Below are positions 60,854 to 64,000 of a DNA stretch of 64,000 nt, piece after piece. The stretch lies in assembly GCA_043228905.1 (NCBI GenBank), contig JBHGNT010000018.1, positions 12,648,001 through 12,712,000 of the forward strand, read 5' to 3'. The position numbers were made by a program, and so were the translations under genes. The stretch comes from Azolla caroliniana (lineage: Eukaryota; Plantae; Polypodiophyta). The notes under the pieces are model-generated. The model had not been told where the DNA came from and did no database searches. It saw nothing but the letters and a program-made list of their open reading frames with translations. Every line of letters starts with the position of its first letter. The first letter of the stretch is position 1.

Positions 60854-63800
60854 TATAAAAGAATATCGTGCGGAAGCAATAGAAAACCGAACACAGAAAT
60901 GCAGGTTTAATGGAGAGCTTAGGATATACACAGTACGCAGGAGAGATAGAGAGTGAGAGCACACAGAAACTGAATTCAAAATAATACTCTATTTGTAACA
61001 CTCTGTCCATCGTCTGTGTTCAGTGAACACTTTTATACAAGTCCACACGGACTGACAAAAGTATGGTGTACTTCAATGCTCACACGAGCGTTTGACACTA
61101 ACTACAAGACATTAACTACCTAATAGTCTAGGCTGCTACTAGGCTTCCGGTTACTGATGGATCCGGCTAACCGGCTCCCCAGCTCACCGACTCACTTGCT
61201 CACCGGCTCACCGATCCGGCTCATCCTTCTAGATGCCGATCCTGCTCAGGCTTATTCAACCGATCCGGATCCGGTTGAGCTTGCCGCTCGACACTCCCCC
61301 TCAAGGTTAACTTGAGGTCGGATCGTAGTGTTAGTCCCTATGGAAGTCGGTCCTTCCACCCGGCTCCTTCTAGCGTCACTCCGCCTTGCTCACGCTCCTC
61401 ATCTAGTCCGGTTCTGTTCGCTGCGACCCCTCTTCTTCTGCGCACGTCGACCTCCTCGGTCAGCATGTCTGCTCAACGGGCCCAATTCAGCTCCCTCGCT
61501 GCTGTGACTTCTGGCGTCACTTCGCCTCGCTCGCGCTCCTCGTCCGGTCCATTCCCGTTTGCTGTAACCCTTCTATTTCTACACACCTAGACCTCTTCGG
61601 TGGGCTTGTCTACTCAACAAGCCCAAATCAGCTCCCTCGCTGCTGTGACTTTGGCGCTTGTCGATTCGCCGATTCCTTCGTGTTGGCATCGACTTTGGTT
61701 GCCTTCTCGTCCTCTTGGCCTTGAATTGATCTGGTTCTTCCGAATCCGTCTGTTGAACCGAATCGACTGTCTCCGATTCCTTCCAGCCCTTGTCCAAATC
61801 GGTCGCTCCCGATTCGTGTTCCGGTTCCAGGTCCTTCACCACATCATACAATGTTCGGGTCTTGGCCTTCTTCTTCCGGTCAGCTCTGTCCTTCTTGACT
61901 CTGTTGCTGCTGCCACTTGTTCCGACTTGTTCGGATGTGTCAACTTCCTTTGTCGAGTCGGCTCCTTTCTTCTTCTTGTCTCTCCTTCTGTCGGTTCTGC
62001 TCTCCCCGGCGCAATCGACAGTTTCTTTGTCTTTGCCCGTTCCGGTGTCTTTGCCCGTTCTCCCCCTCAACTGTTGCACATCGAGATGCTGAACACCAAA
62101 CATTTCGGTGAAGATGCCGGCAACTTGTTGATCCGTATGAACATACCGAAGTTCAACTTCACCGCTTAGGACACGCTCTCGCACGAAGTGGTAGTGCACT
62201 TCTATGTGCTTTGTGTGAGCATGGAATACAAGATCTTGGCGTGCTGCATGCTGCTTATGTTGTCACAGTAGATCAGGATTGGGGTCGGCACCTCGATCCG
62301 CAGGTCTTGCAGCAGTCGCCGAAGCCAAATGGCTTTACAGGTGGCAATAGTAGCGCCCCGATATTCAGCCTCAGTGCTCGAAAGGGCCATTGTTGGTTGC
62401 TTTTTGCTGCTCCACGCAACAGCCGCGCTAACAAGGGAAAACATATATCTGGAGGTGGATCGGCAATCCGATGCATCGCCGGCCCAGTCGGGATTGGTGT
62501 AGCCAACTAGCTCTTCGGTTATACCGCGCCGGTATAACAGTCCCCGGTCCTTCGTGCCACTCACATATCGCAAAATTCGATGTGCGCACAGAAGGTGCTC
62601 CACGGTCAGCTTCTGCATGAACTCGCTAATCAATCCAACTAGGTAACTGAGGTCAGGTCGAGTGATCGTCAAGTATATCAGGCTTCCGACAATTTATCGG
62701 AACTGTTTCGCATCGCAGGCCGGCAAGGAGTCGAGAGAGAGCTTCTGGTTCCGGTCCAGGGGTGTGGAGATCGGTCGGCATTTCGTCATGCCGAACTTGT
62801 ACAACATATTCAACACATAGTGTCTTTGTGAGAGGAATATGCCATCGGGGGTTCGGATCACCTCGATCCCAAGGAAATAGTGAAGGTCCCCTAGGTGCCT
62901 CATCTCAAATGCATTCGACAACTGGGACTTGACTCTGCCGATTTCATTGAGTCTAGGGCCAGTGATGACTAGATCATCAACATAAACCAAGATGCAAACC
63001 GGACCGTCCCGACCTTGCTGGATGAACAACGAAGAGTCGGACTTGGAGGCCACAAACCCCATCTTACACAACCGGTTCATGATCTTCACATTCCAAGCTC
63101 AAGGTACTTCTTCAACCGGCATACCACCGACTTGTTCATCTCCGTCTGGAAACCGGGAGGTTGGGTCATAAAGACCTCTTCTTCAAGATCGCCTTGAAGA
63201 AATGCATTCCTTACGTCCATCTGGTAAAGATGCCACCCTCTTGCCACAACAACTGCCAGTACCACACGAACGGTCGTCATCTTCGCTACCGTATGGAAGG
63301 TCTCGTCGTAGTCGATATTGTGGGTCTGCGCGTATCCCTTCACCACTAATCGGGTCTTGTACCGGTTAACCGAACCGTCGACATTGTACTTTACCTTGTA
63401 CACCCATTTACATCCGATCGGTTTATAGTGTCAGGGAGGGTCAACTAGGTCCCATGTGTCATTGGCATCAAGTGCCCGCATTTCTTCCTCCACAGCGGCA
63501 CGCCAACTTGCGTCCTTTGCCGCTTCTACCTAGCTCTCCGGCTCACGCACTTACGCCACCTTGGTCATGTACGCATAATGATGCACCATGTACTCATTGT
63601 ACCCATACCGCGTCTTGGTGTTCTTCTGGCGGGAAGACCGGCGTAATCTACCGTTACCCGGTTTGAGGCCCTTCTTGACCGGTCTGGACTTCGTTCCCAA
63701 AGATCCGCCTTCTTCCATACCTGAGTCGGATTTGCTCCGATCCGAGTCAACTTTGCCAGTTTCGTATTCCGGCATCTTCTTCTTCCCTTCTCTATGCGTG

Positions 63801-64000
63801 TGAACCGTCTTCTCGGTTCCTTGTGCGGGGAGAGCATGACAGAGTCTCCATTACTCACCGGTTCCTCATCCGAGTGGTCATCCCGACTCAGCCTCACATT
63901 CAGTCCACTCAACCGAAACAATTCCGGACTCTCATCTAGAGTGTTGAGGTCTTCATCTTCTATCTAGGCCGGTTCAGGCTCACTAGCCTCATCCTCCGGT
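60854..64000 (-). mobile_element. Ty1/copia family B copy 3 (3' half; runs off the window)
   Basis: 3' LTR 60854-61293, PPT 61294-61302, RT/RNaseH ORFs homologous to B1 and B2. Confidence 0.93.

Overview
Land-plant nuclear DNA, most likely a fern or other seed-free vascular plant (inferred from a fern-style PLS-class PPR remnant and from Tcn1-like and fungal-like Ty3/gypsy lineages). There is one apparently intact host gene: a class I LBD/LOB transcription factor (8958-10738, one intron, about 552 aa). The rest is mostly a deeply nested transposon field: several Ty1/copia and Ty3/gypsy elements, solo LTRs, two LINE pieces and a PPR pseudogene. Best candidate for an undescribed system: a ~23-kb (with nested inserts) TIR-bounded DNA transposon at 19319-42634. 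It carries a Sola1-like DDD transposase on the minus strand and, head-to-head with it, an intron-containing gene for a bacterial-type beta-class N4-cytosine/N6-adenine DNA methyltransferase with a ParB-like N-terminal region. This copy is decayed. Other notable patterns: (1) a fungal-like gypsy family with a tRNA-Trp PBS, a GGAUUUU + pseudoknot -1 frameshift between protease and RT, and CpG-centred 4-bp targets at 4 of 4 readable flanks; (2) outward-facing tRNA-like A/B-box cassettes near the U3 end of three different LTR families; (3) Tf1-type self-priming signatures in two elements. All calls were made by eye with no database searches, so boundaries may be off by a few bases.
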